Origin: Thermoplasmatota archaeon
GTDB lineage: Archaea; Thermoplasmatota; Thermoplasmata; Halarchaeoplasmatales; Halarchaeoplasmataceae
Reading direction: 5' to 3'
Assembly (NCBI GenBank): GCA_036626005.1
Contig: JAZKSP010000003.1
Span: forward strand, 1 to 37,169
Length of the DNA stretch: 37,169 nt
Notes under the pieces: model-generated
The model's database searches: none
What the model was told of the DNA's origin: nothing
The model's input: the letters and a program-made list of their open reading frames with translations, nothing else
Part shown: one piece after another, positions 9,918 through 19,386 of the stretch
How positions within the stretch are numbered: position 1 is the stretch's first letter
Layout: every line of letters starts with the position of its first letter
Made by a program: the position numbers and the translations under genes

Positions 9918-11222
9918 ATGAAAGAAGCAGTTATAGTCTCAGCGGTAAGGACTCCTCAAGGTAAATTCGGTGGAGCATTCAAAGATCTTAAAGCTGTGGA
10001 CCTTGGAAAAACAGCTATAGAAGGTCTTTTTGAGAAGGTAGAGGCGAGACCTTCTGCCTCTGAAGATAGAAAACTTTGCAGACCCTCGAAATTTAGAAAT
10101 ATAGATAATGCTCCCGTTGAGGAAGAATATCACGATTGGAATGATGACTCTATTTCATTAGATATAGACGAGATAATAATGGGGAACGTTTTACAGGGAG
10201 GCCAGGGACAAAATCCTGCTCGTCAAGCAAGTATAATGGCGGGTATGCCGAGAGAGGTCCCAGCTTACACTGTGAACAAAGTCTGTGCTTCAGGGATGAA
10301 AGCGGTGACGCTGGCAGCGGAAAAAATAGAGAGCGGTAAAGCAGATGCGATGATCTCCGGAGGATTTGAAAATATGAGCAACGCACCATATATACTTCCA
10401 GATCACCGTTGGGGAGAACCTATGGCTCTTAATACCGAAAGCAAGATAAAGGATATGATGGTCCTTGACGGACTCTACGAAACATTCTATGATTGCCATA
10501 TGGGCATCACGGCGGAGAACTTGGCAGAAGTCTATGAGATCTCAAGAGAAGAACAGGAAAGATTGAGTGTCGAAAGTCACAATAGAGCGATGAGAGCTAT
10601 CGAGAATGGATTATTCGAAGAAGAGATAGTTCCAGTAGATGCTGGACGTGATGTTGTAAAGAAGGACGAGGCACCTAGAGACACCGACCTTGATTCTGTA
10701 AAAAACCTTCCGCCGGCATTTAAAGAGGATGGTACGATCACCGCCGCAACATCATCTAGTATCGCGGACGGTGCTGCCGCATTACTTCTCACATCTAGGG
10801 AGTACGCAGAAGAAAGGGACCTAGAAGTTATGGGTTCTATCGGAGATTATGCCTCAGTAGGACTCGATCCACAGTATATGGGTCTTGGTTCTTCCGTTGC
10901 TATGGAAAAGATCTTTGAATCAACTAGCTACGGTTCAGAAGATATCGACGTTTTCGAGGAAAATGAAGCATTCGCGGCTCAGATCCTCGCGTGTATGAAA
11001 GAAAATGGATCTCCAAAGTACGGGGTCGGTATGAACGAGGATGGTAGTGAGTACATAAATCCTCACGGCTCCGGTATCTCACTCGGTCATCCTATAGGAG
11101 CTACCGGGGCAAGAATCTTGGTTACCCTAACTCACGAACTCAAAAGACAAGACTATTCTCGTGGGGCTGCAAGCCTTTGTGTAGGTGGCGGTATGGGTAT
11201 GGCCACCTTAATTGAAAGATGA
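9918..11222 (+). CDS. acetyl-CoA C-acetyltransferase (thiolase, bacterial type)
   Basis: VRTPQGKFGG, GQNPARQA, NKVCASG (catalytic Cys), ENEAFAAQ, GHPIGATG, SLCVGGGMG. Confidence 0.96.
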   Translation: MKEAVIVSAVRTPQGKFGGAFKDLKAVDLGKTAIEGLFEKVEARPSASEDRKLCRPSKFRNIDNAPVEEEYHDWNDDSISLDIDEIIMGNVLQGGQGQNPARQASIMAGMPREVPAYTVNKVCASGMKAVTLAAEKIESGKADAMISGGFENMSNAPYILPDHRWGEPMALNTESKIKDMMVLDGLYETFYDCHMGITAENLAEVYEISREEQERLSVESHNRAMRAIENGLFEEEIVPVDAGRDVVKKDEAPRDTDLDSVKNLPPAFKEDGTITAATSSSIADGAAALLLTSREYAEERDLEVMGSIGDYASVGLDPQYMGLGSSVAMEKIFESTSYGSEDIDVFEENEAFAAQILACMKENGSPKYGVGMNEDGSEYINPHGSGISLGHPIGATGARILVTLTHELKRQDYSRGAASLCVGGGMGMATLIER

Positions 11223-11300
11223 AAGGATTCAACTCGTTTTGAAATCAACAATCTTATAAGTAATGAAAATTTGCCAAACTATGGTAGGAGGTATTTAGAT

Positions 11301-12161
11301 ATGGATATAGAAGATATAAAAAAAATAGGCGTGGTAGGTGCAGGTACGATGGGTCAAGGTATCGCTCAGACCGCGGCCCAGAGTGGTTTTGAAGTGTGGA
11401 TAAGAGACATCGAAGATGAACTGTTGGAAGGAGCTGTGGACTCCATCAAGGGTTCTCTAGAAAGGAATGTAGAAAAAGAAAGAATATCTGAAAAAGAAAA
11501 GAATAACATCTTGGGTAGTATCCATACAACACTCGACCTTGAAGATTTAGAAGAGTGCGACGTGATAATCGAAGCTGTAATCGAAGACGTAGACATCAAA
11601 AAAGATGTATTCAGGAAATTGGACGAGATATGTACTCCAAAGACAATATTGGCTAGCAACACCTCTACCATACCGATAACGGAATTGGCCTCCGCTACTG
11701 AACGACCTGAAAGATTCATAGGTATGCACTTCTTCAATCCGGTTCCAATGATGGATTTAGTAGAAGTGATACGAGGACTTGAAACAGATGATACCACCCG
11801 AGACATAATCTTCTCGCTGACCCAAGAGATCGGTAAAGAACCTGTAGAGGTTAAAGATTCTCCAGGTTTTGCTGTAAACCGGATGCTCATACCGATGATA
11901 AACGAAGCTATATTCACTCTACAAGAGGGTGTAGCTTCGAAAGAAGATATCGATAAGGTCATGAAGATGGGAGCTAATCATCCCATGGGTCCTCTAGAGT
12001 TAGCAGATATGATAGGATTGGATGTAGTTTTAGAGATAATGGAAGTACTTCACGAAGAGATGGGTGATCCAAAATATCGTCCCTGTCCGCTCCTCAGAAA
12101 GATGGTTAGAGCTGGGAGACTAGGTAAAAAAACCAAGAGAGGCTTTTACGACTACAGCTGA
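11301..12161 (+). CDS. hbd: 3-hydroxybutyryl-CoA / 3-hydroxyacyl-CoA dehydrogenase
   Basis: [57 protein letters not shown]; SD AGGAGGT before ATG 11301. Confidence 0.95.
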   Translation: MDIEDIKKIGVVGAGTMGQGIAQTAAQSGFEVWIRDIEDELLEGAVDSIKGSLERNVEKERISEKEKNNILGSIHTTLDLEDLEECDVIIEAVIEDVDIKKDVFRKLDEICTPKTILASNTSTIPITELASATERPERFIGMHFFNPVPMMDLVEVIRGLETDDTTRDIIFSLTQEIGKEPVEVKDSPGFAVNRMLIPMINEAIFTLQEGVASKEDIDKVMKMGANHPMGPLELADMIGLDVVLEIMEVLHEEMGDPKYRPCPLLRKMVRAGRLGKKTKRGFYDYS

Positions 12162-12172
12162 AGGTGATCGAT

Positions 12173-12925
12173 TTGATAGAGATAGAAGAAGATGAAGAGA
12201 TAACCGTACTCAAATTCGATAACCCGCCTATGAATGCCATATGCAAAGAGATGCTCGAAGAGATGGATGATGTTCTAGAAAAATTGAAGAATGACAAGAT
12301 AAGGACAGCCATATTGACCGGAAAAGGCGACTCTTTCATCGCCGGAGCCGATATAAAAGAGATGAAAGAGATGGAACCCGCCGAGGCAAGATGTTTTTCA
12401 AGGAAAGGGCAGAAACTTTTCAATAAGCTCGAGAAACTTTCTTTCCCGGTGATCGGAGCAGTGAACGGATATGCATTAGGAGGAGGATTGGAACTTGCTC
12501 TGAGCTGTGACTTTTTATTAGCTTCCGAAAAGGCTCTTTTCGGTCAACCAGAAGTCGGTCTCGGAGTAATACCGGGATTCGGAGGGACCTATAACCTGGC
12601 GGAGTCAATCGGGTCCGCAAAAGCTAAGGAATTGATTTTCACGGGTAAAAGAATACAAGCCGACAAAGCTAAAGAATGGGGGATCGTCAATAGAGTCGTC
12701 CCTCCAGAAGAACTGATGAATGAAGCGCGAGATTTAGCAGAAGAGATAGTCAATAACAGCCCAATAGCTGTCGCAAAGGCAAAAAAGGCCATAAACCAGG
12801 GAAGAAAGAAATCTAAAGAAGGGGCTCTCAGAACGGAAAGCGATAGATTCGAAGAATGTTTCAAGTTTCCAGATAGAACAAAAGGGATGGAAGCCTTCTT
12901 AGAAAACAGGGATCCAGATTTCTAA
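12173..12925 (+). CDS. crt: enoyl-CoA hydratase (crotonase)
   Basis: FIAGADIKE, AVNGYALGGGLELALSCD, FGQPEVGLGVIPGFGGT; SD AGGTGA then TTG at 12173. Confidence 0.93.
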   Translation: MIEIEEDEEITVLKFDNPPMNAICKEMLEEMDDVLEKLKNDKIRTAILTGKGDSFIAGADIKEMKEMEPAEARCFSRKGQKLFNKLEKLSFPVIGAVNGYALGGGLELALSCDFLLASEKALFGQPEVGLGVIPGFGGTYNLAESIGSAKAKELIFTGKRIQADKAKEWGIVNRVVPPEELMNEARDLAEEIVNNSPIAVAKAKKAINQGRKKSKEGALRTESDRFEECFKFPDRTKGMEAFLENRDPDF

Positions 12926-12930
12926 ATTAG

Positions 12931-12972
12931 AAAAACTCTTTCTACCTATCTTTTTCACTTATCTTATTTTTA
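12931..12972 (+). terminator. pyrimidine/T-rich terminator of the thiolase-hbd-crt operon
   Basis: AAAAACTCTTTC...TTTTTC...TTTTT after the crt stop, convergent with rpl12. Confidence 0.5.
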
Positions 12973-13064
12973 TATAATATTAAAATAGTAAAAAGGTTAC
13001 TCCATACTGAGGGATAGACTATATCCTACCCTGTAAGAAAGAGAAGTTTTTTGGGTCGGACCTT

Positions 13065-13394
13065 TTAGAATAAAGACCCGAGTCCTTCTGCTGCTTCTTC
13101 CTTCTCTTCTTCTTCGTCTCTTTCTTCCTCTTCTTCCTCTTTTTCTTCGGCTTCTTCTTCTTCGGCTTCTTCAGCTTCTTCGGCGGGTTCTGGAGCTGCG
13201 CCTCCACCGGAAGGCATAGCGAATCCTTCCTCGATCGCATCATCTATATCAACGTCTTCTAGACTTGCAGTCAGTGCTTTCACTCTTGCCTCGTCCACTT
13301 CTAAACCTGCAGCTTCTAGAATCTCGCTTATTCCTTCTTCCGTTATCTCCTTACCTGCCGAATGAAGCAGCATAGCGCTGTACACGTATTCCAT
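13065..13394 (-). CDS. rpl12: 50S ribosomal stalk protein P1 (archaeal L12)
   Basis: [24 protein letters not shown], acidic hinge, C-terminal AAEGLGSLF; SD AGGAGGT. Confidence 0.98.
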   Translation of the reverse strand: MEYVYSAMLLHSAGKEITEEGISEILEAAGLEVDEARVKALTASLEDVDIDDAIEEGFAMPSGGGAAPEPAEEAEEAEEEEAEEKEEEEEERDEEEEKEEAAEGLGSLF

Positions 13395-13422
13395 ATTTTA
13401 TACCTCCTTTGAATAGTATATT

Positions 13423-14463
13423 TCATTCTTCATCTTCTTGATCTTTATCTTCTTGGTCTTCATCCTGAGACTCTTTTTGGCCTTCTTCCTCTCCTTGCTC
13501 TCCATCTTGATCTTCTTCTTTATCATCCTTTTCCTGAGTCTCTTCTTGGCTTTCTTCCTCTTTCTCTTGAATTTCGATCCCGAGTTTTTCTCTCAATTCC
13601 TCATCTAGAGCTTCGGGATCTAATTCGGAAGCTAAAGCCATCATATTGGTTGAAACTTGAGAAAGTATGGACCCAATAGTTTCTTCGTTTATTATGTCCG
13701 CATTGAACGCAAGACCCATCGCGTCACTACTAGACTTCGATACCAAGGTAGTGATATTCTCTCTTGTCGGATAGGAAATGCCTACTGAAAGTGCGAATGC
13801 TGAAGCGGCTGAGTCCTTGATATCTTCAACGAATTCTGATGGATCGATATCTAAATCCTCTCTCTCATAAAGGATGCCATCCTCGTAAACTGACTTTAAA
13901 TCGAGACCTACTGTGATCGGATTTATTTCCAATCTGCGCAACATCGTGGCTAATTGTGAAGTTATTGTTTCCCCTTCTTCAACGACTGTAGTCGTATTAT
14001 TTATTACTACACTTCCACTCTTTATAGATGCTGGGATGCCAACGTTCTGTAAGTCTCCAACGATCGGTCCTGGCTTGAAAGGCGTCTCTCCTTCTTCTAC
14101 TATAACATCTTCTGGAGCCGTCTCTCCTCCACTTGCCGGAGCTTTAGTTTTGGTTTTTTCCATATGATTGAACAATTTGAAAGGATTTTCATCGGTCATG
14201 ACCAAGGCGATCTGACCATGCACGAAATCTTCTAAATCTTCTAAATTCTCTCTATTTTCTCCCGCTCTCTCGATTGCTTTTTCGATGAAAGTGTTTTTCG
14301 AAGATCTTATCCTGGCAACATCTCTAAGCTTCGCTCTCATCTGCTGCATCTGGCGAGCAGGTATACCCTCTATATTCACCACTCCGATTACTGGTGAAGA
14401 TTCCAACATCTTTGTCAGTTGATTGACTTCCTCTTTTTTCCAGCTAGGAACATCTTCGCTCAT
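13423..14463 (-). CDS. rplP0: 50S ribosomal protein P0 (uL10)
   Basis: WKKEEV, IPARQMQQMR, SKNT, ENPFKL, GETPFKPGPIVG, three stalk-binding helices, acidic tail. Confidence 0.98.
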   Translation of the reverse strand: MSEDVPSWKKEEVNQLTKMLESSPVIGVVNIEGIPARQMQQMRAKLRDVARIRSSKNTFIEKAIERAGENRENLEDLEDFVHGQIALVMTDENPFKLFNHMEKTKTKAPASGGETAPEDVIVEEGETPFKPGPIVGDLQNVGIPASIKSGSVVINNTTTVVEEGETITSQLATMLRRLEINPITVGLDLKSVYEDGILYEREDLDIDPSEFVEDIKDSAASAFALSVGISYPTRENITTLVSKSSSDAMGLAFNADIINEETIGSILSQVSTNMMALASELDPEALDEELREKLGIEIQEKEEESQEETQEKDDKEEDQDGEQGEEEGQKESQDEDQEDKDQEDEE

Positions 14464-14473
14464 CTTATATCCC

Positions 14474-15112
14474 TCACATTATCCTTATCGCAGGGCCCAT
14501 CGTCGTTTTTACGTAGACGCTTGCTATATTGATCTCTCTTCTATCAAGGTTCTGGATGATTCTCCTCATCACCGTATCGATGTTATCCGCTATTTCCTCT
14601 TCATCTAGTTTAACCGTTCCGACTGGTGCATGAAATGTCCTTCTATCGCCAGATCTCACATGAACTGTGCCTTTTAAGGATTTCACGACCTCCTCGATAT
14701 CATCATCCGGTGTGATCGGATTCGGCATCTTACCCTGGGGACCGAGGATCGAGCCCAGTTCTCTACCTATGACTGGCATGATAGATGGTTCTGCGAGAAA
14801 GAACTGGTGTTCTTCAGCTATTTTCCTCGCTTCCCTTTTATCATCTGATAGGTCTTCGATCTCTTCCGGTTCCATCACCGTATCGGCAACATCTCTTGCC
14901 TGTAGTGCAAGTTCGCCACTGCCAAAAATACCGACCTTTATCTCTTTGCCCCTTCCATGGGGTAAAACAATCTCTTCATCAATTCTGTTCTCTGGCTGAG
15001 AAAGATCTATATCTCTAAGATTTATGGCCAATTCTACACTTTCCTCGAACTCTCTATCTGGTGCTTCCTCGAGAGCTTTTTTGACTCCTTCTATTGTTTG
15101 ATCATCTGCCAC
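14474..15112 (-). CDS. rpl1: 50S ribosomal protein uL1
   Basis: REFEESVELAINLRDIDL, IVLPHGRG, LGPQGKMP, VYVKTTMGP; SD AGGAGGT before GTG 15112. Confidence 0.98.
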   Translation of the reverse strand: MADDQTIEGVKKALEEAPDREFEESVELAINLRDIDLSQPENRIDEEIVLPHGRGKEIKVGIFGSGELALQARDVADTVMEPEEIEDLSDDKREARKIAEEHQFFLAEPSIMPVIGRELGSILGPQGKMPNPITPDDDIEEVVKSLKGTVHVRSGDRRTFHAPVGTVKLDEEEIADNIDTVMRRIIQNLDRREINIASVYVKTTMGPAIRIM

Positions 15113-15118
15113 GTTAAT

Positions 15119-15176
15119 ACCTCCTGTAGTAATCACGGCCCCTGAAACAAAGCTCAGGAGATAGACCTCCTACAGG
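15119..15176 (-). promoter_or_regulatory. structured rpl1 5' leader, putative L1-binding autoregulatory operator overlapping the SD
   Basis: mRNA CCUGUAG-GAG...CUCCUGAG(CUUUGU)UUCAGGGG-CC-GUGAUUA-CUACAGG-AGGU: outer 7-bp stem, inner 8-bp stem and an internal loop; the SD begins in the 3' strand of the outer stem. Confidence 0.7.
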
Positions 15177-15201
15177 TCTGTCCATTCACAAATGCAGTTT
15201 G

Positions 15202-15217
15202 TATATAAAGCTTTTGG
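15202..15217 (-). promoter_or_regulatory. BRE/TATA box of the rpl1-rplP0-rpl12 operon
   Basis: CCAAAAGCTTTATATA on the minus strand, about 25 nt before the leader hairpin. Confidence 0.7.
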
Positions 15218-15287
15218 AGAGTTCGACATTGAGGCTGGTTTGACAACGAAAAATAGAAAGAGTGGGAAAGAGGTTTTTCCTAGTTTA

Positions 15288-15854
15288 TCACTTGTTTTGT
15301 ATGAACTTCGATACGTATGGACTCACGCCTGGCTTATCTCTCACGAAATGACCTGAGGGATCTCCACCTAGTAGTTCTTCGAACCATGCCTCGTGCTCGA
15401 TCTCTTCGTGGAGTATCGCTGAGGAAAGCTCATACGTCCTTGGATCTTTACCCTGGGTCATCTTACATATCTGCGTGTAAACACCGACTGCGCACCTTTC
15501 CGCATCAAGAAGAACTTCTAATATATTCTCGATAGTTGGATCGTCTGGAAGTTTGGCATCTTCACACGCAGCTCTATTGGCAAAATCTCTTATGTCATTG
15601 GGGATCTCCCCACCCAGTTCATATATCCTTGGTAACAACGCCTCAAAGTGATTCCTGTCTTCTAGTCTAGCATCCTCCGCGATCTCTTTTACATCCTCCC
15701 CCTCAAGACCTGTACAGTTGTTCCTCAAAACCGTATAGTAGTAATAAGTCGTGAATTCAGCTGCCGCTGCATCTACCAGTTTTTCTATCAATTCATCTAC
15801 ATCTATTCCTGCATCTTCTATCAATTTTACATTTCTTCGGGAAATTTTATTCAC
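15288..15854 (-). CDS. dps: DPS-like (DPSL, thioferritin-type) DNA protection / ferritin-family protein
   Basis: [41 protein letters not shown] / AERCAV Cys pair, [14 protein letters not shown]. Confidence 0.93.
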   Translation of the reverse strand: MNKISRRNVKLIEDAGIDVDELIEKLVDAAAAEFTTYYYYTVLRNNCTGLEGEDVKEIAEDARLEDRNHFEALLPRIYELGGEIPNDIRDFANRAACEDAKLPDDPTIENILEVLLDAERCAVGVYTQICKMTQGKDPRTYELSSAILHEEIEHEAWFEELLGGDPSGHFVRDKPGVSPYVSKFIQNK

Positions 15855-16032
15855 CCAATAAACATGAATGTGCCCGCATTAAATAAAGGTTGCGATTTGA
15901 GTAATCATATGCAAGCTATATAGAAAAATTTTTTTCGATTTACGTAAAAATATCGGGTTTAACAATTATAATTAGGTACCGATGAAGGTTTGTCAAAAAA
16001 TTTATCTTATCTTGAAATATAGCCAAATAGAG

Positions 16033-17154
16033 ATGGAGAAACAGGAACAGGACTGGTCCGATTTTAGATTTAATCTACAAGAATTAGCCGGAGCAGTTGG
16101 AGATTATGGAACCCTTTTTCCTATCATTCTAGGTGTTGCCATCGTGACAGAGCTAAATCTAGGTCATATTTTATTGTTCTTCTCGATTTGGTACATCTTC
16201 ACTGGATTATATTATAAAAAACCAGTACCAGTAGAACCTATGAAAGCGATCGGTGCGATCGTGATAGCGGGCCAATTCACCCAAAACGAGATTGCAGCCA
16301 CCGGAATAGTTCTAGGGATTTTCTTCTTGGTGATGGGATATTTGGGCGGAATGAAGATTATAGAAAAAAAAGTACCCCAGAGTGTAATAAGAGGAATACA
16401 ATTGGGGCTAGCACTCATCCTATTGGAAACCTCTTTTGACTTTCTGACATCTGATTATCTCATTTCTGGTTTATCTATCGGGATTATATTGGCGTTTTTA
16501 GGTGCAAAGCGCATCAAAGCGATACCCGACATCTCCTCTTTAGTAGTCCTCGCAATAGGATTGGGAATAGGGATAATGAATTATGGTATGCCTTCACCGG
16601 AGATGCTGGCCTCGCCATCTTTATTTTTACCTAGCCTAGATGATTTCTTGACCGGTTCCTGGTTTTTAGTCATTCCCCAAATACCTCTAACCATAACAAA
16701 TTCGATACTAGCAACTTCAGTACTTATGCATGACCTATTGAGGGAAAAATTAGATCCGGATGAGCTTTCTAAAACGGTCGGTCTGATGAACTTTATTTCC
16801 ACCCCGTTAGGTGGTTTCCCTATGTGTCACGGCTCCGGTGGCCTTGCTGCTCAATATCGTTATGGGGCGAGAACAGGGGGTTCAAACATAATAAGCGGCT
16901 TGATTTTATTGGTCATCGCTCTTTTCTTTGCAAGTCCTGCTTTCATCGATATATTACCCTTAGCGATATTTGGAGCTCTACTTGTTTTTGTAGCTATCGA
17001 GCTAGGCAAACATTCTATCAAGACCGAGTCGTATATCATTACCGGATTGATCGGTGTGCTTTCACTCATATTCAATTTGAGTGTGGGTTTCGTCACTGGT
17101 CTGGTTTTGTATCACATACTCAAGAAAACTTCTCTGATGGATAAAATAGTATGA
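16033..17154 (+). CDS. MOT1-family molybdate (oxyanion) transporter
   Basis: ELAGAVGDYGT, PVPVEPMKAI, VIRGIQLGL, PQIPLTITNS, GGFPMCHGSGGLAAQYRYGARTG. Confidence 0.9.
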   Translation: MEKQEQDWSDFRFNLQELAGAVGDYGTLFPIILGVAIVTELNLGHILLFFSIWYIFTGLYYKKPVPVEPMKAIGAIVIAGQFTQNEIAATGIVLGIFFLVMGYLGGMKIIEKKVPQSVIRGIQLGLALILLETSFDFLTSDYLISGLSIGIILAFLGAKRIKAIPDISSLVVLAIGLGIGIMNYGMPSPEMLASPSLFLPSLDDFLTGSWFLVIPQIPLTITNSILATSVLMHDLLREKLDPDELSKTVGLMNFISTPLGGFPMCHGSGGLAAQYRYGARTGGSNIISGLILLVIALFFASPAFIDILPLAIFGALLVFVAIELGKHSIKTESYIITGLIGVLSLIFNLSVGFVTGLVLYHILKKTSLMDKIV

Positions 17155-17263
17155 ACGCAAGATTTATTAGTCCAAAATACATGCGCTGAGTGTAGTAAAG
17201 TTGAAACAGTGGGAAAAGAGTTGAACCGCTGTATAAATATATTGAATAAAAAAAGGTGGAATT

Positions 17264-19141
17264 ATGTCAGGACATTGGGGAAAATTATTGAGGATAGATC
17301 TAAAGGACGGTAGCTCTAAAGAAGAAGAACTCTCTGAGGATTTTCTGAGGAAATTCATAGGTGGCGCTGGTTTTACAACTAAAATACTATATGATGAAGT
17401 GGGTGAAGATGTTGAGCTACTGTCTGAAGAAAATAAATTGATACTCGCACCTGGCTTACTAGTCGGTCCAAAAGTACCGACAGGATCAAAAACTGCTTTT
17501 GGATTCAAAAGCCCGCTTACCGGCGGCTATGGTAAATCCATCGTTGGTGGAAAGCTGGGTGACGAACTCAAGAAGGCGGGTTATGACGTTCTCGTCATAG
17601 AAGGTAAAGCGGATGATCGGTCTGTTCTTATTATAGAAGATGGTGAAGTGAAACTCGGATCAGCAGATGAGATTTGGGGCAAAGATACCCACGAAGCCGG
17701 CGATATGATAAAGGAAAAATACGGCGATGTTGAGACAGCTGTGATAGGACCTGCCGGAGAAGAACTATCGAAGATATCTCTAGTAGAGTGCAACGAAAGA
17801 CAGGCGGGAAGAGGTGGTATCGGAGCAGTCATGGGATTCAAGAACTTGAAAGGTATCGGTATCAGTGGATCAAAGGATTATCCTATACATGACGAAGAAA
17901 AGTTGGAGGAACTCATTTCCAAATACAGGAAAGAGACCCAGGAACAAGGGAAAACCGATATGGAGTACGGTTCCGGAGAAGCACTCCACCCATTGAACGT
18001 CGAGATAGGGGCATTCCCAGTTAAAAACTGGGAAGCGGGTTACTTCAAAGAGGCGTATGAAAAACTAGATGATCCGGAAGCCGGTAGAATAGATATCGAT
18101 CCTAGAAAATGGACAGAGGAATACAGAGATGGTAGAAGACCCTGTCCTTATTGTACCAAGCCGTGCAGCCAGTTCTTCAAAGCTGAAGATACTACTTACG
18201 GCGATATAGGTATAGATGGGCCAGAATATGAGACTCAGTATTCACTTGGTGGGAACTGCGGTGTAGATGATGTTGAGGCTGTAGCTAAAGCTAATGAGAT
18301 CTGCGATAAGCTCGGACTCGATACGATCTCAGCGGGAGTAACTATTGCTTGGGCTATGGAAGCTTACGAGAAAGGACTTCTAGAGACCGACCTAGACCTA
18401 GAGTTCGGTAATGCAGAAGCCATGATCGAAGCGGTAAGAAGGATGGGGGAGAAAGAAGGCGAACTTGGAGAACTTCTTTATGACGGTGTGAAGGAAGCCA
18501 CTGAAAAATTAGGTAAGGGCTCTGAAGATTTCGCTATCCATATGAAAGGTATGGAACCTCCGGGATACGAAGCTAGAGGGATGTTTGGTATGGGACTCGC
18601 GATGGGAGTCGCGCCGAGAGGTGGAGACCATCTCACGTCCTGCGCCTACGCATTAGATTATGGAGGCAGTTTCTGGTATTTCGACGACTACAAGAGGAGA
18701 GATGTTGTTTCTAAGGGATTCCCACTGAAGATGATGGAAGATCTGATGATGATATTCGACATGACTGGGATCTGTAAATTCTCTAGGGGGATTTATCTAG
18801 ACAAAAATCAGGTCGATCTAGTGAATGCTATCACAGGTTGGAACGTGACTAATGGAGAATTATTAGAAGCAGGGGAGAGAGGTCATAACGTCGCTAAGGC
18901 TTACAATGTGAGAGAAGGATTCCTGAGAGATGATGACTTCCTTCCTGAAAGAGTTTACAGAGAGGAAGTTCCATACGGTCCAAATGAAGGTGCAAGGATC
19001 AAACGAAGGAACTATGAAAAAGCGCTAGACCGATATTATACAGCAAGAGGCTGGAGTCTCGAAGGTGTTCCAACAAGAGGTAAGCTAGAAAATCTCGATC
19101 TTACCGATGTTGCAGAAGAAGTTGGCGCAACTAAACAATAA
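17264..19141 (+). CDS. aor: aldehyde:ferredoxin oxidoreductase (tungstopterin AOR family)
   Basis: KSPLTG, IGPAGE, GRGGIGAVMGFKNLK, CPYCTKPC, GPEYET, GLDTIS, HMKG, RGGDHL, ICKF. Confidence 0.95.
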   Translation: MSGHWGKLLRIDLKDGSSKEEELSEDFLRKFIGGAGFTTKILYDEVGEDVELLSEENKLILAPGLLVGPKVPTGSKTAFGFKSPLTGGYGKSIVGGKLGDELKKAGYDVLVIEGKADDRSVLIIEDGEVKLGSADEIWGKDTHEAGDMIKEKYGDVETAVIGPAGEELSKISLVECNERQAGRGGIGAVMGFKNLKGIGISGSKDYPIHDEEKLEELISKYRKETQEQGKTDMEYGSGEALHPLNVEIGAFPVKNWEAGYFKEAYEKLDDPEAGRIDIDPRKWTEEYRDGRRPCPYCTKPCSQFFKAEDTTYGDIGIDGPEYETQYSLGGNCGVDDVEAVAKANEICDKLGLDTISAGVTIAWAMEAYEKGLLETDLDLEFGNAEAMIEAVRRMGEKEGELGELLYDGVKEATEKLGKGSEDFAIHMKGMEPPGYEARGMFGMGLAMGVAPRGGDHLTSCAYALDYGGSFWYFDDYKRRDVVSKGFPLKMMEDLMMIFDMTGICKFSRGIYLDKNQVDLVNAITGWNVTNGELLEAGERGHNVAKAYNVREGFLRDDDFLPERVYREEVPYGPNEGARIKRRNYEKALDRYYTARGWSLEGVPTRGKLENLDLTDVAEEVGATKQ

Positions 19142-19143
19142 AT

Positions 19144-19167
19144 AAACCTCTTTTCTTTTTTGTTTTT
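19144..19167 (+). terminator. oligo-T terminator of aor
   Basis: AAACCTCTTTTCTTTTTTGTTTTT directly after the stop. Confidence 0.65.
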
Positions 19168-19386
19168 GTCGAGAATCTCTAATAATATCCTCATAAATAT
19201 TTTCTGATACGGTCAACTCCAACAACAAGAGTAAACCTTGATGAAAGTTCAAAAAAGGCCTAGAGCAACTATGGTAAAAACTAGTTTACGGGCTATCCTG
19301 AATACAGAAATAGTTACTGCGAATACCCACTTGAAAAAGACATCAATCCTATTTCAGTCCGGGGAGTAAGAGGTATTTCTCTCTGG

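Noticed and set aside
10047-10160. Thiolase insertion as an intein or intron
   Set aside because: Too short, no C/S...HN intein ends, and the frame is uninterrupted
13095-13570. GAA/TTC-rich runs as DNA tandem repeats
   Set aside because: They simply encode the poly-acidic tails of P1 and P0
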